From IMG/VR virus record IMGVR_UViG_3300043421_000098, positions 1 to 27,670 of that record: a stretch of 27,670 nucleotides of DNA. The stretch is one strand, 5' to 3'. The DNA comes from a virus (lineage: Duplodnaviria; Caudoviricetes). How positions within the stretch are numbered: position 1 is the stretch's first letter; every line of letters begins with the position of its first letter. The translations under genes and the position numbers were made by a program. Below the pieces are notes generated by a model, which saw only the letters and a program-made list of their open reading frames with translations, made no database searches and had not been told where the DNA came from. This document shows, in pieces, positions 8,552 to 17,036 of this stretch.

Positions 8552-8580
8552 TTGAATTATAGTGCATGGTGCATTATATT
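8552..8580 (+). promoter_or_regulatory. Rightward sigma70-like promoter with candidate operator half-sites
   Basis: TTGAAT-N17-TATATT. GTGCAT at 8562-8567 and 8569-8574, and its complement ATGCAC at 8538-8543. Confidence 0.65.
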
Positions 8581-8595
8581 CAAATTCGCATAGCA

Positions 8596-8628
8596 AGCCT
8601 TAGTAATGCTACGAACACTACTAAGGCT
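8596..8628 (+). promoter_or_regulatory. 5' leader hairpin of the rightward operon
   Basis: Perfect 10-bp inverted repeat AGCCTTAGTA/TACTAAGGCT with no U-tract. Confidence 0.55.
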
Positions 8629-8658
8629 CTAACCAACCGAACTAACCGGAGTTCAATC

Positions 8659-8739
8659 ATGGCTACCAAAAAGTCTAGCACAATCACGCCTACTCAATCC
8701 AATGCGGGTATGCGTCTAATCAGTGGGGTTACAGCATGA
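8659..8739 (+). CDS. 26-aa leader ORF MATKKSSTITPTQSNAGMRLISGVTA, translationally coupled to the next gene
   Basis: GGAG at 8648-8651, ATG at 8659. Its TGA overlaps the ATG of the 286-aa gene (ATGA at 8736-8739). Confidence 0.6.
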   Translation: MATKKSSTITPTQSNAGMRLISGVTA

Positions 8740-9596
8740 GTACCCCTATCCTTCAACTCATCGACGCTGCCCTTGCAGGCGACCTCACCAAGAACGAACT
8801 AAAAGCCTTCTTAGCTTTAGTGCGTCAAACCGTATGCTTTGGAAAAACCAGCGACCCACTTACCCTCAAGCGCCTTGCTACCCTAAGCCAAGTCCGCAAA
8901 GATCGTTTAGAGCTAGCCATTACCAGCATCCTGCAAAAAGGGCTATTCACCCGCACAACTCACCCTATCTTTGAACATGAATACCATGTTCACCCTCAAT
9001 TCATCCCCAAAGATACACTGCCTTTTTTTGCGCCCAAGCGTCCGAAAAACGGAGAAACTTTCCGAGAATCAGACGACTTTTCCGAAAAACGGATACATAC
9101 AATACAAACCGATACAAATCTTAACCCTACACACAAACAAACGGCTGTTCCTGTGTGTGCTGTGTTCACGCCTTCGGCTCAAGGGCTAACCAAGCCAAGC
9201 GCCGTTCAGACGCAAGCCTTCAATGAACTACTGCCAGCCCTCAAGAAACTGACCACAGCGCAAGCGAACGAAGTGCTGGCGCTACTCAACCTCGCCATTC
9301 AAGAAGGCAGTATTCGTACCACCCAACAGCGTCTAGGCGGGGCGCTCATCAAAGCCGCTAAAGCGGGAATACTCGACACCAGCACCTTACACACCCTTCA
9401 ACCGAATCAAGTCCAGACTCAGCCCATCGACCTAGCCTACCGCCAAGACCTGCTCAGCAAAATTCACGGTCTGCAAAGTTTAAAACAACTCGCAGGCACA
9501 CTTGACGCGCACTCAGAACAGCAGCTTCAAACATGGCAGCAAGAACTCAAGCAACGACAAACCACCACTCAACCGGAGAACCCACATGCACGCTAA
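8736..9596 (+). CDS. Phage replication protein O-like (N-terminal winged helix) protein
   Basis: LIDAALAGDLTKNELKAFLALVRQTVCFGKTSDPLTLKRLATLS..LQKGL resembles the lambda O N-terminal domain (Phage_rep_O). Confidence 0.7.
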   Translation: MSTPILQLIDAALAGDLTKNELKAFLALVRQTVCFGKTSDPLTLKRLATLSQVRKDRLELAITSILQKGLFTRTTHPIFEHEYHVHPQFIPKDTLPFFAPKRPKNGETFRESDDFSEKRIHTIQTDTNLNPTHKQTAVPVCAVFTPSAQGLTKPSAVQTQAFNELLPALKKLTTAQANEVLALLNLAIQEGSIRTTQQRLGGALIKAAKAGILDTSTLHTLQPNQVQTQPIDLAYRQDLLSKIHGLQSLKQLAGTLDAHSEQQLQTWQQELKQRQTTTQPENPHAR

Positions 9597-9855
9597 TCAC
9601 CACCCCAAGCAGACCACTGGCACTCCGACCCTCGCCCTTGTTCAGCAAACCACCGAGTTCAACGCTCTCACCGACCGTATGGAGCAAGGATTCAGCCAGC
9701 TACACGCTTTCCTCGCCGTAGCCGTCTGTGATGACTTCAAAACCTACAGCGCTGACATTCTCAGCAGTTACCTACTCGGCTGCTGCGACCTTCTCAAACG
9801 CCTCCAAGCCGACCATGAATCCATGCTGGAACTCTACCAGCGGGAGGCACAATGA
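9586..9855 (+). CDS. Hypothetical helical protein (89 aa)
   Basis: Lies within ORF 9502..9855. ATG at 9586 is preceded by GGAGAA, overlaps the upstream stop region, and the gene is ATGA-coupled to the next one. Confidence 0.65.
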   Translation: MHANHHPKQTTGTPTLALVQQTTEFNALTDRMEQGFSQLHAFLAVAVCDDFKTYSADILSSYLLGCCDLLKRLQADHESMLELYQREAQ

Positions 9856-10574
9856 ACGTTTTGATCATTTTCAAAAACGACGCTGCATATACTTCAACGA
9901 TTGCTATCGCTGAAGGCGTGAATAACGAACACAAGGCAGTTATTCAATTAGTTCGACGCTATTTAGGTGACTTGCAAGATTTTGGAGAAGTCACATTTGA
10001 AATGCGACTTAACCCCAAAGGCAGCCCAACAGAATACGCCTTACTTAATGAGCAGCAAGCAACACTCATTCTCACTTACTTAAAAAACACTGAAATCGTG
10101 CGAACCTTCAAAAAGCGCCTAGTTAAAGCCTTTTATGAGCTGGCTCACAAGATCAATTGCCAAGCACTCGACCCAACCAACTTGAGCCGCTTGCAGCTCC
10201 TCGAAATGGCGATGCAAGCCGAACAAGAACGCCTAGCCTTAGAACACAAGGTCGAAGAAATGCAACCCGACGTTCAAGCCCTTGAGCGCCTTGCTAAAGC
10301 CGAAGGCTCTTTGTGCATGACCGATGCCGCTAAACAACTGCAAATCCAACCCAAAAAACTGTTTGGCTTCCTCTTCACCCATGAATGGATATTCAAACGC
10401 ACCGGCTCAAGCGCATGGTCGGGTTACCAAGACAAACTTAGGCAAGGACTGATTGAACACAAAATCGAAGTCGTTCAACGCGGCGACGGCACGGACAAAC
10501 TAGTCACTCAAGTCCGCATCACCGCTAAAGGTATGACCAAACTAGCAAAAATGCTAGACATCCAACCTGCTTGA
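9852..10574 (+). CDS. Phage antirepressor: Rha-like N-terminal domain plus ANT/KilA-C domain
   Basis: TSTIAIAEGVNNEHKAVIQLVR..YALLNEQQATLILTYLKNTEIVRTFKKRLVKAFYE (Rha-like). LSRLQLLEMAMQAEQER linker. AEGSLCMTDAAKQL..LF..WIFKR..YQ..QVRITAKG (ANT). Confidence 0.88.
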   Translation: MNVLIIFKNDAAYTSTIAIAEGVNNEHKAVIQLVRRYLGDLQDFGEVTFEMRLNPKGSPTEYALLNEQQATLILTYLKNTEIVRTFKKRLVKAFYELAHKINCQALDPTNLSRLQLLEMAMQAEQERLALEHKVEEMQPDVQALERLAKAEGSLCMTDAAKQLQIQPKKLFGFLFTHEWIFKRTGSSAWSGYQDKLRQGLIEHKIEVVQRGDGTDKLVTQVRITAKGMTKLAKMLDIQPA

Positions 10575-10800
10575 TCGACCTCAAGCTACTACCGCAACGC
10601 CACAATAATTTGTGGCGATTGCCATGCAAGAATGCACAAGACGACCAAAAGAAACATCAGAACGAGTCTACCGAGTGGCATGCGTCGAACCTCACGTAGT
10701 AAACAAACAATTATTCGGGTAAAATCTTCCATGTAGGAATCCTGTTTTATGTTTCATTCTTACCGCGCCGCTGGGTGGTTCAGACCGCAGCGACACCCAA

Positions 10801-10846
10801 ACAAAAAAGCCCGACCAGATTACCGCCTAGTCGGGCTTTAATTTTT
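10801..10846. terminator. Bidirectional intrinsic terminator between convergent genes; right boundary repeat of the accessory island
   Basis: Stem AAAGCCCGAC/GTCGGGCTTT (10806-10839), with an A-tract on the left and TTTAATTTTT on the right. Confidence 0.75.
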
Positions 10847-10864
10847 AGAAAGAGGTCTACTCCC

Positions 10865-13459
10865 TCAACAAATTCCCCGTAGCCTACTCTCCATTTCCCT
10901 AGCAGGCTGCTGACTCACCAATACCAACTGCATTCCTTCCCCCCTCAACTGCTTCAGACGTTGATTCTTAGCCACCTGCTCCGGCGAAACCCCATCCAGC
11001 ACTAGCCGCTTCACCCCGACTAATTTTTTCTGTGCAATACTCAAATGCTTCACTACCAATACCCCTTCACCCGCTAACAAACGAGCTGAAGCCGCATCCC
11101 CCGCCACGACTACCACCTTCTTACCCTGCTCAAACGCTGCATCAACCAGACCCAGCACCGAGGGCTGATTCCCTCTCACGGCCTGATTCGTCGTATTACC
11201 ATTAGTCACATCAATAGGAGCACTCCCTCCTAATTTAATGCCCACATCGTTCGCAGCCTCCACAATAGCGGCTCTACTTCCTTCGCGCATGATCACATTA
11301 AACCGATCACGAACAAGATCAGCCTCAGTAAATCCGCCTCCCCGCATGTCATTATACTCATCAAGCGATGACATATAATCCGGCCATAACACCCCCCGCC
11401 GCAACCGATACCCCTCATTCAGCCGCCGCATCTCATCCACAGCATCCGCTTCAATCAAGCTATCCCTGATTGACTGATACTCATTAAACATCTTTTCTTG
11501 TTTTTTTAAAGCTTCACGTTCTCTAATGCCTGCATCCGTGTCTGGCAAAGACACATCCTTAGTTTTGTTACCACTCGTTAAATTCCCCGCCTCCTTCTGT
11601 ACTAAGCTTGGCTCAGACAAGTCATTGAGTGGCGATAAGGCTGCTTCACTGGCCGACTGCTCAACTTTTGCTGTATCTGCCTGATATTGATCAATCAGCT
11701 TTTGATGCTGAACTAACGACGGATCACTAGACACTTGAACTGGATAAGCCTGACTCCCTTCATACTCACTACCATCCTTTGCTACCCAAATACCAGCATC
11801 TTCAGGATGCGCAACCACTGGAGTTCCGTCCGCCAACTCATGCGTAGGTGTAAATGAGGAGGGCGATGATAGGGGTGAAGCATTATTTATCGGCAAATCT
11901 CCTAGGATTGCAGCATCATCCACCCTAGGCTCAGGTATTCCCTGCCCTATTTCCGTCGATTCTAGCGGCTTTTGTGCGTTCGTATTTTGTTCGTAACTTA
12001 GATTTTCTAAAGGAATAACCTTTTCCGCCGCGATTTGCGCAGCTTCAGGTATAACTGCTTTAGGCATCGGTAACTCAGGATAACCCTGATTTTCAAACTG
12101 CCGTAAATCATTAGGGCTATTAATCAAGCCTGCCTCAAAATAAGGTTTGGCTCTTGCTAAAACAGGGTCTTTTACTCCCGACAAGGTGGCTTGATTAGTG
12201 CTAACCGCATCAAAGGCTTGCTTATAAAAATTATCACTGATAGCCCCCGCTAAATCCTTAAACCCCTGCTCAAACCCCATCGGTGAATCATTAGGTTTTG
12301 CTACTTCTACAGGATCAACTACAACAGGCGCATCCGATTGAATAGACGCAGCTTCCTCCATTGGATTAACAGTAGGCTGAATAGCTAACTTCTGTTCTGG
12401 TATCGTGGTTGCAGGAGTAACAGGTACAGGTGCAGGCGGTGCAATCTCGACTGGGCTTTGAACCGTCTCAGCCCCTAATTGCTCATCCGTAAAGCTACGG
12501 ATAGCCTCCTTATCCACCGCAAACTGCTCAGCATCCCCCGACTCCTCAAAGCGTTTGATAGCCTCCGCCTTCATCGCCTCTTTCTGCCTAAACCACGGCT
12601 TATCACTATGCAGCGCATTCAATCCCGCCACAGGAGCACCCATGATTGCCCCACCCACTGCACCGGCTGCAAATGAATCCACCAACTGCTTCATCTGCTC
12701 AACCCCGAAATGATCCTTGTTTGAATCAATCCACTCCAAAGCCCCCAGCTTCATCGCCTCTTGCGCCGCTTCAGTAGCCCCCTCCTTGAGTGCAATACCC
12801 CCCAAATCTCGCCCAATCTGGCGGATTCGGGTCGGGCTAGTAAGGGTCTTTTGCAGAATATCGCCCCGCGCCTTGTCTGCTAAGCCTAGCTTCCCTAGCA
12901 CCCCCATCACCGGCAGAGTATCCAGTGCCGTCTGGGCAACAGCGGTTAGCGCCATTGTTGGCACAGAACCTTCAGGTAATGTCCCGCCATGCTCAGCCCG
13001 CACCGCCTGAATATCCTCTCCAAACTGCTGTGGATAATTACTCGCTACCAAGCCACCGATCGTACCTGCACGGGTCGCACTTTTTAAGGCGGTACTCCCC
13101 AACATTTTCGCAGCGCTCCGTGCGGCTACCCCCCCCATCCCTCCTCCCGCCAATATTGTACCTATGTCAACTACTGACTCCCCGGCAGTCCCCGCCAACC
13201 AATTCCCCGCATCACTGAGGCTATCAATATCAGTAAATCGACCTACCTTCGGCGCATATTTTTGCGCGGCATGCTGATTAAAATCAGCCGCTATCAAGAA
13301 ATCTTCAGCCCCCATAGCACCAATGGCAGCCTTGGTAGTAGCCTTAGTATTCTCCCACGCTCGACCGACCCCCTTAGAAAATTCCCCATCCGTATTTTCG
13401 ATCTCATTATTGATCCCTAAATCCTGATTTAGCTTCCAACGATTTAACAAGGAACTCAT
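10865..13459 (-). CDS. Internal virion/DNA ejection protein with an N-terminal Gly/Ala-rich membrane-active region
   Basis: 864 aa, follows the transglycosylase gene by 3 nt. Gly/Ala helices and EGATEAAQE..DSFAAGAVGG typical of podovirus DNA transfer proteins; Pro-rich linker. Confidence 0.65.
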   Translation of the reverse strand: MSSLLNRWKLNQDLGINNEIENTDGEFSKGVGRAWENTKATTKAAIGAMGAEDFLIAADFNQHAAQKYAPKVGRFTDIDSLSDAGNWLAGTAGESVVDIGTILAGGGMGGVAARSAAKMLGSTALKSATRAGTIGGLVASNYPQQFGEDIQAVRAEHGGTLPEGSVPTMALTAVAQTALDTLPVMGVLGKLGLADKARGDILQKTLTSPTRIRQIGRDLGGIALKEGATEAAQEAMKLGALEWIDSNKDHFGVEQMKQLVDSFAAGAVGGAIMGAPVAGLNALHSDKPWFRQKEAMKAEAIKRFEESGDAEQFAVDKEAIRSFTDEQLGAETVQSPVEIAPPAPVPVTPATTIPEQKLAIQPTVNPMEEAASIQSDAPVVVDPVEVAKPNDSPMGFEQGFKDLAGAISDNFYKQAFDAVSTNQATLSGVKDPVLARAKPYFEAGLINSPNDLRQFENQGYPELPMPKAVIPEAAQIAAEKVIPLENLSYEQNTNAQKPLESTEIGQGIPEPRVDDAAILGDLPINNASPLSSPSSFTPTHELADGTPVVAHPEDAGIWVAKDGSEYEGSQAYPVQVSSDPSLVQHQKLIDQYQADTAKVEQSASEAALSPLNDLSEPSLVQKEAGNLTSGNKTKDVSLPDTDAGIREREALKKQEKMFNEYQSIRDSLIEADAVDEMRRLNEGYRLRRGVLWPDYMSSLDEYNDMRGGGFTEADLVRDRFNVIMREGSRAAIVEAANDVGIKLGGSAPIDVTNGNTTNQAVRGNQPSVLGLVDAAFEQGKKVVVVAGDAASARLLAGEGVLVVKHLSIAQKKLVGVKRLVLDGVSPEQVAKNQRLKQLRGEGMQLVLVSQQPAREMESRLRGIC

Positions 13460-13462
13460 GAA

Positions 13463-15628
13463 TTACTCTCCAAATACGCTTAACGGTGAACCCACAGGCA
13501 TCGATTCTTTTGGCAACTCAGCAGCGGCTTGTTGCTTACGCTGGTAACGCTCTTCAGCTTTACGCTCTAATTCAGCAATCTTTAGCTTTTCCGCCATCAA
13601 CTGAATCTGCGCTTGAGGATTATTAGCGACCCCCGGTAACTGTAATACTTCCAGTGCAAGCTCCTTAATATCACCTTCTGCTAAACCGAGTGCTTTTGCC
13701 CGATCCGATAATTGACTAATAGCAGCCGCTTGCGGATTGCCTTTAACCAGCTCAGGATCAATACCTTGGGTTAGATCACTCGCCCAAGCACTGGCATCCT
13801 GATCAATCCGAATAGGCTTGAGTGTGCTGAATACCTCATCAGGCGTTTGTGCTTCGCTTAATTGACTTAATACCGTGGCCTTAGCCTCAGTACCCAACTC
13901 AGGGAACTGCTGATCAACTAAGGCCGCTTTAGCCGTTTCAGGATCATCACCAAAGCTTTTGGTAAAGCTAGATAGGGCACTTTTTCCAGTGGAACCAATG
14001 GTTTTGGACTCTCCGGTGTATTCATTATACAAAGTCGTATCATCCAACTTTTGCCACTGCTTCCGATCTTGCTCAGCAGCCGCCTTATCCGTCACAAACT
14101 GCTGGCTCACCACATCAAAGACCCGCCCATCTACAGCCATATACCGATCTTTACCCGTAATGCCAGCCCCCGGCTTACTCCCTGTGGCTAACTGCCGAGC
14201 CAATAACATCTCTTTAAGGCGCGGATTCATCCCCTGTTCTAACTCAACACCCCGCTTGATTTTTTCTTGCACCTGCTCCAACGAGTCCGCCACAATTGGA
14301 TCATTCGGGTCTTTGCTACGATTTTTAGTGGCAGGTACAGTCATCTTGTCACGAATAAAGCCCTTAACCTCACCTACTGTTTTACCGCGCAAATGAGGAT
14401 TAGCAGCTATGACCTTTTGCCCTAATATATTCACAGCAGGCTGATCATTATCAGCCGACCAGAGATTAACAGCACCTTCGGGGCCAAAGTGATGCGCTAA
14501 ATAAATGGTGCTGCCATTAATAGGCACATTGTTTTCTTTTAAGAAATTTGAGTTATCCACTGCATACTGTTGGGTCATCGCCCGTGAAATAGTTGGATCA
14601 TTGCGCAGTGCCAAAATATCAGCAGTCGTTTTACCCTTAGCTAAATCAGGCCGATGGTTTTTTACCATCGCTAACCACGTACTTTCTGTAAATTGCCCTA
14701 ACCCAGTGGCACTACTCAACGGGTTTTTAGCATTGGCACGTCCACCCGACTCCACCTCGATCATCCTATCGGTAATAGCCCCAATCTCCGTCGGTTGCAG
14801 CGCATACGCAATTTTATTATTAGGCAAAGGCTGGAAATGAGATAACTCGTACTTACCACTTCGCCCCGTCGTAATTAAGGTAGGTTGCGTGAACTGTCGA
14901 CTCGTCGACAAAAAATCGGGATCATCTAACTCACGCTGCCCAGCCATCACCTCCTGAGCCTGCTGATACATCCTAGAATTCACCCCATTCGCCGCATTCG
15001 TGAATAACCCACCACTTAACTTATCTGCCTCACTCATCAGGCGTTCAGCTTCTTTCGGATTACTGTCTACTAACCCCGACGCGGCGGTATACAGTTGATT
15101 AGCCCGTGTTAGGTTCTGCTCTTGCTGCTTCCGCTCATTCTCAAGCTTGGTCGTATCAAAGTTATACTGACTCACCTTATAGTTCAGGTCATTAACCCGC
15201 TTCTCCTGAGGACGTAACACCTCTAACGTATACCCACGGTCATCCTCCGCCCACTTCTTATCATTCCGTAGAATATCCAACCGTAAATTCGCTTCATTCA
15301 ACTGCAAGGGACGATACTGCTTATTGTGTGCAATTAAGGCGCGTTTATCATCTAAGCTAAGTCGAGTATCCTCCAACTGCATCGGTCGATACTTTTTATT
15401 AAAATCAACACTTCCTTCCAAATCCTGCAACCGATACCGCACCTCATTTTCACGGAGTGGACGCAACACACTCTTATCGTAATTATATTCTTCTAGCTTA
15501 TTATCAAAGATAACCTGCTGTTGTTTGGCCTCCTGCTCCCGCCGTTGGCGTTGCTCTAGGGCATCTAACAAACCCATCGTCGACTGCATACCACTTTGCA
15601 ATCCGCTCAAAAATCCGAGTGCTGCCAT
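13463..15628 (-). CDS. Internal virion protein with a lytic transglycosylase (lysozyme-like) domain
   Basis: MIEVESGGRANAKNPLSSATGLGQFTESTW..YLAHHFGPEGA..ANPHL (about 14390-14765). Coiled-coil N-terminus. TAATG-coupled to the upstream gene. Confidence 0.82.
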   Translation of the reverse strand: MAALGFLSGLQSGMQSTMGLLDALEQRQRREQEAKQQQVIFDNKLEEYNYDKSVLRPLRENEVRYRLQDLEGSVDFNKKYRPMQLEDTRLSLDDKRALIAHNKQYRPLQLNEANLRLDILRNDKKWAEDDRGYTLEVLRPQEKRVNDLNYKVSQYNFDTTKLENERKQQEQNLTRANQLYTAASGLVDSNPKEAERLMSEADKLSGGLFTNAANGVNSRMYQQAQEVMAGQRELDDPDFLSTSRQFTQPTLITTGRSGKYELSHFQPLPNNKIAYALQPTEIGAITDRMIEVESGGRANAKNPLSSATGLGQFTESTWLAMVKNHRPDLAKGKTTADILALRNDPTISRAMTQQYAVDNSNFLKENNVPINGSTIYLAHHFGPEGAVNLWSADNDQPAVNILGQKVIAANPHLRGKTVGEVKGFIRDKMTVPATKNRSKDPNDPIVADSLEQVQEKIKRGVELEQGMNPRLKEMLLARQLATGSKPGAGITGKDRYMAVDGRVFDVVSQQFVTDKAAAEQDRKQWQKLDDTTLYNEYTGESKTIGSTGKSALSSFTKSFGDDPETAKAALVDQQFPELGTEAKATVLSQLSEAQTPDEVFSTLKPIRIDQDASAWASDLTQGIDPELVKGNPQAAAISQLSDRAKALGLAEGDIKELALEVLQLPGVANNPQAQIQLMAEKLKIAELERKAEERYQRKQQAAAELPKESMPVGSPLSVFGE

Positions 15629-16314
15629 TAGAATAAACTCCCTAAAATACTCATCCCCGCCATAATCCCACCCGTGACCGGATGACCCATCAGCGCATAA
15701 GTCCCCAAAGTTCCTAATGCACCGCCGATGGTTTGCATTTGCTGCGACCGTGCCGCTGCATTCATCTGTTGATTCTGTGCATTCCGATTAGCAGCCAACC
15801 CCGACAAATAGCCCATTTGCCCCAAGGCTTGCGCCCGATCCTGCGTATAAAGCCCATTCAGATTTTGCAGCATCCCTAAGGAGCGCTGGTCTAAGGCTTG
15901 CTCCATATTCGTCCGGCCTTGCGCCAACAGTGCCGCTTTCTCATTCCCCAAGCGCCGATTCACTGCTGCTTTTTCAAGTCCATCCAACTGCACCCCATAC
16001 TTACGATTCTGAAAATTCTGATAAGCATTCGCACGGTTAAACGCACTATTGGCCGCCTGATCGACATAACCTAAAGCTTGATTATGAAAATCAGGATCAT
16101 CTACCAACTGCCGATACTGCTGTTCATACGGCTGAAAACGCTTCTTCCAGTCGTCATAGTCAGAGCGCAACATATCGGCATACTGCTGTTGGATATTATC
16201 CAGCGATAAACTACCCCCCTTAGCTTGGCTCGCCTGCCACTGCTTATACTTATCCCAATCCGCAGGTAGGACATTAGCGGGTGCAGTGTCATAACTGATT
16301 GCATCACCGTCCAT
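15628..16314 (-). CDS. Putative small ejection protein
   Basis: 228 aa, Q/N/A-rich helical, Gly-rich hydrophobic C-terminus, stop/start overlaps at both ends, positioned after the nozzle gene. Confidence 0.6.
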   Translation of the reverse strand: MDGDAISYDTAPANVLPADWDKYKQWQASQAKGGSLSLDNIQQQYADMLRSDYDDWKKRFQPYEQQYRQLVDDPDFHNQALGYVDQAANSAFNRANAYQNFQNRKYGVQLDGLEKAAVNRRLGNEKAALLAQGRTNMEQALDQRSLGMLQNLNGLYTQDRAQALGQMGYLSGLAANRNAQNQQMNAAARSQQMQTIGGALGTLGTYALMGHPVTGGIMAGMSILGSLF

Positions 16315-17036
16315 TAATACACTCCTTGTAAAGCACTCAAGTAGCTATGTGGATTAGTCGGCTGCATCGTATTCAACTGATACGTTTTATCGCCCTGATA
16401 AATCGCATTATTCCCCGTCAGGCTGCCCATCCAGCCTTTAAGCGCATTATCGTAAGCCCCCTTGATGTAAGAACCATCAGGGGCAACCGTATTCACCCCA
16501 TTCATCAGATAGGTGCTACCCATCCCCACTAACCCACCTAAGGCCGTTTGATTTTCCAAGCGCCGATTAAACGTGTTTTGTGCATCATTAGCGGCTTGCC
16601 GTGCGGCTAGTTGTGTCAGATTCCCCAGATTCTGCACATTAGAACTCTCCAAACCCCGCCCCATATTAATCACATCCTGCATTGCGCCAAGGTATCCGGT
16701 TTGCTGCCCATAACGGGTTTGCGACTCAATCCGCATGTCACTCCCCATCTTGTCTTGCAACATGCTCAACATCCCCGTTCGCCCCGCCCCTGAGTTCGGA
16801 TTAACCGGACGCTTCAGCAAAGGTTCCCACTGCTTTTGCGCCAAGGCCATTGCCTGCCCTGCATCGGTTTTAACAGAGCCATCAGGATTTAACTTATCCG
16901 TCAAAGTGCGCCGAATAATTTCGTTTTGAACGGGAACACCGTTCTGCTGATAGTTGGCCCACTTATCCTTATTAATCTCAAACTGCTGGATTTCTTGGGC
17001 AGTGGGTTTAATGGTCGGTACTTTTGGCTTTCCCAT
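16314..17036 (-). CDS. Putative small ejection/virion protein
   Basis: 240 aa, MGKPKVP start, Q/N/G-rich, ALGGLVGMG segment, operon position. Confidence 0.6.
   Translation of the reverse strand: MGKPKVPTIKPTAQEIQQFEINKDKWANYQQNGVPVQNEIIRRTLTDKLNPDGSVKTDAGQAMALAQKQWEPLLKRPVNPNSGAGRTGMLSMLQDKMGSDMRIESQTRYGQQTGYLGAMQDVINMGRGLESSNVQNLGNLTQLAARQAANDAQNTFNRRLENQTALGGLVGMGSTYLMNGVNTVAPDGSYIKGAYDNALKGWMGSLTGNNAIYQGDKTYQLNTMQPTNPHSYLSALQGVY

Noticed and set aside
8723-9189. Alternative-frame ORFs 8723..8974 and 8971..9189
   Set aside because: They overlap the better supported O-like gene and have off-frame-like composition.
7799-9596. Host assignment to Thiotrichaceae-like Gammaproteobacteria
   Set aside because: Only an impression from the Uma2 and O-like sequences; it cannot be supported without a database search.
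10640-10700. NESTEWH in another frame, reminiscent of the SSB TEWH motif
   Set aside because: Only four or five matching residues, no start codon context and no other OB-fold motifs.
10749-10841. 30-codon ORF MFHSYRAAGW.. or a small structured RNA before the right terminator
   Set aside because: It runs through the terminator hairpin, the RBS spacing is poor, and no convincing -35 element was found.
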